From an uncultured Rickettsia sp. (GTDB lineage: Bacteria; Pseudomonadota; Alphaproteobacteria; Rickettsiales; UBA1997): 64,000 nt of DNA. A program made the translations under genes and the position numbers. Below, in pieces: positions 61,560 to 64,000 of the stretch. Position 1 is the first letter of the stretch. Every line of letters begins with the position of its first letter. Where the stretch lies: assembly GCA_964505265.1 (NCBI GenBank), contig CAZDGN010000006.1, positions 24,214-88,213 of the forward strand, written 5' to 3'. Under the pieces are notes generated by a model. The model did not search any database, had not been told where the DNA came from, and saw only the letters and a list, made by a program, of their open reading frames with translations.

Positions 61560-62600
61560 TTAATACATTTCCAAATCTCTTCTTGAGGAATTTGTTTGGG
61601 AATTTATTGGTGATTGAAAAACCGTAGTTGCAACAATATTTTTTGGATGCAAAGAACAATCATCCCTTTTTATATTATCAATTTTTAATGCCCAAATACA
61701 TCCGAAAAAAGCTAAGCAAGAATTGCACAAATTTGATTTTTCTTCTTTATCAACAAATGCCCCGCTTGAGCTTAAATAAATAGTTTCCCTGGATTTTCTC
61801 GAAATATCCATTGAGGATTTCGGGGTGTAGCTAGAAAGTGAAATTCTAAAAATATCGTTGGAGTGTCTATTTAACTCGCTATTGCTCATAAATTCAAATT
61901 TAACCGAACCTTTAAGAAATTGCGCAATCAATTCTTTGTTATTTTGGTTTTGCATTAGGATAAAATCACGATTAATTTCGTTTAAAAAATCACGAAATCT
62001 TTTATTTTTGTCTAATAACCCCTCTGTAAATCTAGAATCTAATAATTTACTTGCATCAAAAAACTTAACTAAACCAAAAGAGGAAAAAAAATAAAATTCA
62101 TCTGAGTCAAGAGAAATCTTGAAGGAATTTTCTGGAGTCGAAATGTTTTGTTGAGTTTTGTAGATTTCATAATAATCAAGAATCTCTTGCAATGAACTAT
62201 TAAATTCTAAGCTATTTTTTATAGTAATGCTATTTTGATTTTTTAATTTTTTATAATTTGCTACCTTAATAAGCTCTGATTTATAAAATTTACTTTCACA
62301 ATATTCAAATTCAAAATCTGGAAAATCTTGAGGTGGAACCCAAAAATTAAATAACATCATTTTTAGCAATTTTTTGTCAGTATCGTTTAAAACCTCCAAT
62401 TCGCCAAAGTAAATATTCATTGATTCATAGATTTCTTTGCAATTTAAATCGTTAGTTAAAAGCATTTGATTTAATCTAAAAAAATCAGATTGAGAATGAT
62501 CTGCTTCCGTATCTTTATGAATTTCCTTAAGTGTCAAAATTTGGTGTGCAATCTTATGAGAGTGCTCTTTTGGATTGTTTTCGGCGGTTATTTCTGGCAT
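61560..62600 (-). CDS. Hypothetical protein with a C-terminal Cys cluster
   Basis: 346-aa ORF with no recognisable family; CNSCLAFFGC near the C-terminus. Confidence 0.7.
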   Translation of the reverse strand: MPEITAENNPKEHSHKIAHQILTLKEIHKDTEADHSQSDFFRLNQMLLTNDLNCKEIYESMNIYFGELEVLNDTDKKLLKMMLFNFWVPPQDFPDFEFEYCESKFYKSELIKVANYKKLKNQNSITIKNSLEFNSSLQEILDYYEIYKTQQNISTPENSFKISLDSDEFYFFSSFGLVKFFDASKLLDSRFTEGLLDKNKRFRDFLNEINRDFILMQNQNNKELIAQFLKGSVKFEFMSNSELNRHSNDIFRISLSSYTPKSSMDISRKSRETIYLSSSGAFVDKEEKSNLCNSCLAFFGCIWALKIDNIKRDDCSLHPKNIVATTVFQSPINSQTNSSRRDLEMY

Positions 62601-62621
62601 ATTTTTTTATAAAAATCTATT

Positions 62622-62677
62622 ATATTTTTTATAAATTTACAGAAATTTTGAAATTATTATAAATTTATAAAAAATAT
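62622..62677. repeat. 18-bp perfect AT-only inverted repeat with a 20-bp spacer
   Basis: atattttttataaattta (62622-62639) / taaatttataaaaaatat (62660-62677). Confidence 0.7.
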
Positions 62678-62811
62678 GTATTCTTATAAAATAATTTATA
62701 TTTTTAAGTTTTTTATTTTTAAATTTTTACTTGAACTTAAGAGCAAGTTAAGTTATTATCGTTAATTAATTTTAAGCGATAATTTATCGTTCAATACTCA
62801 CCAAATTTATA

Positions 62812-64000
62812 ATGACAAACGACAACAACATACCAAATATTATTGTTCCTGCTACTGGCAAGGATATTCAGCCAGTTTCACTAGTTGGTGAAATGCGTAA
62901 ATCTTACCTCGATTATGCTATGAGTGTTATAGTTTCGCGTGCTATTCCTGATGCTTGCGATGGCTTAAAACCTGTGCATAGACGCATTTTATATGCAATG
63001 CATGAGGGTAGCTATGATTATAACAAACCTTTCAAAAAATCCGCCAGAATTGTCGGAGAAGTTATGGGTAAATATCACCCACATGGCGACTCGGCAATCT
63101 ATGAATCCTTGGTTAGAATGGCTCAAGATTTTTCAATGAGAGTGCCACTAATTGACGGGCAAGGAAATTTTGGATCAATTGATGATGATCCTCCTGCGGC
63201 TATGCGTTATACCGAGTCGCGTTTGGAAAAAATCTCGCACACAATGCTTGATGATCTTGATAAAGACACCGTCGATTTTGTGCCAAATTATGATGGCAAC
63301 GAAAAAGAGCCAAAGGTTTTGCCCGCACGCTTTCCAAATTTATTGGTTAACGGTTCGGGTGGTATTGCGGTTGGAATGGCAACAAATATTCCGCCACATA
63401 ATTTGGGCGAAATGATAGATGGTTGCTTGGCTTTTATTGACAATAACGAAGTCACAGTTGATGAGCTTATCAAAATCATTCCGGGACCTGATTTTCCTAC
63501 TGGTGGTATAATTTTAGGGCGTTCGGGTCATGACTCTGCTTCTCGAACTGGAAGAGGTTCTATTGTAATGAGAGGTCGCCATAATATTGAAAAAAAGTCT
63601 GGTGGCAAAAATTCAATTGTTATTACCGAAATTCCTTATCAAGTTAATAAGGCAAAATTAGTTGAAAAAATTGCCGAATTGGTAAAAGAAAAAAAGATTG
63701 AAGGTATTACTGATTTGCGTGACGAATCTGACCGTGATGGCATTAGAGTTGTGATTGAACTGCGTAAAGATGCAATGGAAGAGGTTATTATCAATCAGCT
63801 TTATAGCTTTACCGAATTGCAATGTAATTTTAGCGTTAATATGCTTGCCTTAAATTATGGACAGCCAAAATTAATGAATTTGCTTGAGGTAATTAGTGTT
63901 TTCGTCGATTTCCGTTTCAATGTTACCACTAGAAGAACCAATTTTTTATTAAATAAGGCAAGAGACAAATCCCATATTTTAATTGGCTTGGCTGTAGCAG
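62812..64000 (+). CDS. gyrA: DNA gyrase subunit A (5' part, runs off the window end)
   Basis: Hand translation from ATG 62812: [52 protein letters not shown]. Absent from the ORF track because there is no stop in the window. Confidence 0.96.
   Translation, partial: MTNDNNIPNIIVPATGKDIQPVSLVGEMRKSYLDYAMSVIVSRAIPDACDGLKPVHRRILYAMHEGSYDYNKPFKKSARIVGEVMGKYHPHGDSAIYESLVRMAQDFSMRVPLIDGQGNFGSIDDDPPAAMRYTESRLEKISHTMLDDLDKDTVDFVPNYDGNEKEPKVLPARFPNLLVNGSGGIAVGMATNIPPHNLGEMIDGCLAFIDNNEVTVDELIKIIPGPDFPTGGIILGRSGHDSASRTGRGSIVMRGRHNIEKKSGGKNSIVITEIPYQVNKAKLVEKIAELVKEKKIEGITDLRDESDRDGIRVVIELRKDAMEEVIINQLYSFTELQCNFSVNMLALNYGQPKLMNLLEVISVFVDFRFNVTTRRTNFLLNKARDKSHILIGLAVA

Overview
AT-rich bacterial chromosomal segment that looks like a Rickettsiales-type alphaproteobacterium. 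This taxonomic call is an inference from scattered VirB2/VirB8/VirB9 genes, the ppiD-trpE order and a hemE-linked origin. It is gene dense and mostly housekeeping: translation (rpmB, rpmI, rplT, tgt, trmL, prmC, 5 tRNAs), cell wall (mreD, PBP2, PBP3, rodA, D-amino-acid transaminase), clpPX/grpE, uvrA, gyrA (cut by the window end) and tonB-exbB-exbD. It also carries many biosynthetic genes (thrB, lysC, hisC, hisH, trpE, panC, guaB, hemE, ispA, eno, mdh). No CRISPR array, rRNA, transposase or prophage was seen. Highlights: (1) a probable replication origin between hemE and bolA built from helically phased TTATTAACA repeats that read both as CtrA sites and as divergent DnaA boxes; (2) an 873-aa orphan with OTU-deubiquitinase-like motifs in possibly permuted His-before-Cys order, one of several candidate secreted effectors; (3) a duplicated virB2 pilin 5' end bracketing rpmB; (4) an ornithine decarboxylase plus deoxyhypusine-synthase-like pair; (5) an Fe-S photolyase/atypical SDR/TIGR01777 module; (6) two unexplained structured intergenic elements; (7) divergent tmk and SDR genes with overlapping start codons. 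All assignments come from reading motifs by eye; no database searches were run.
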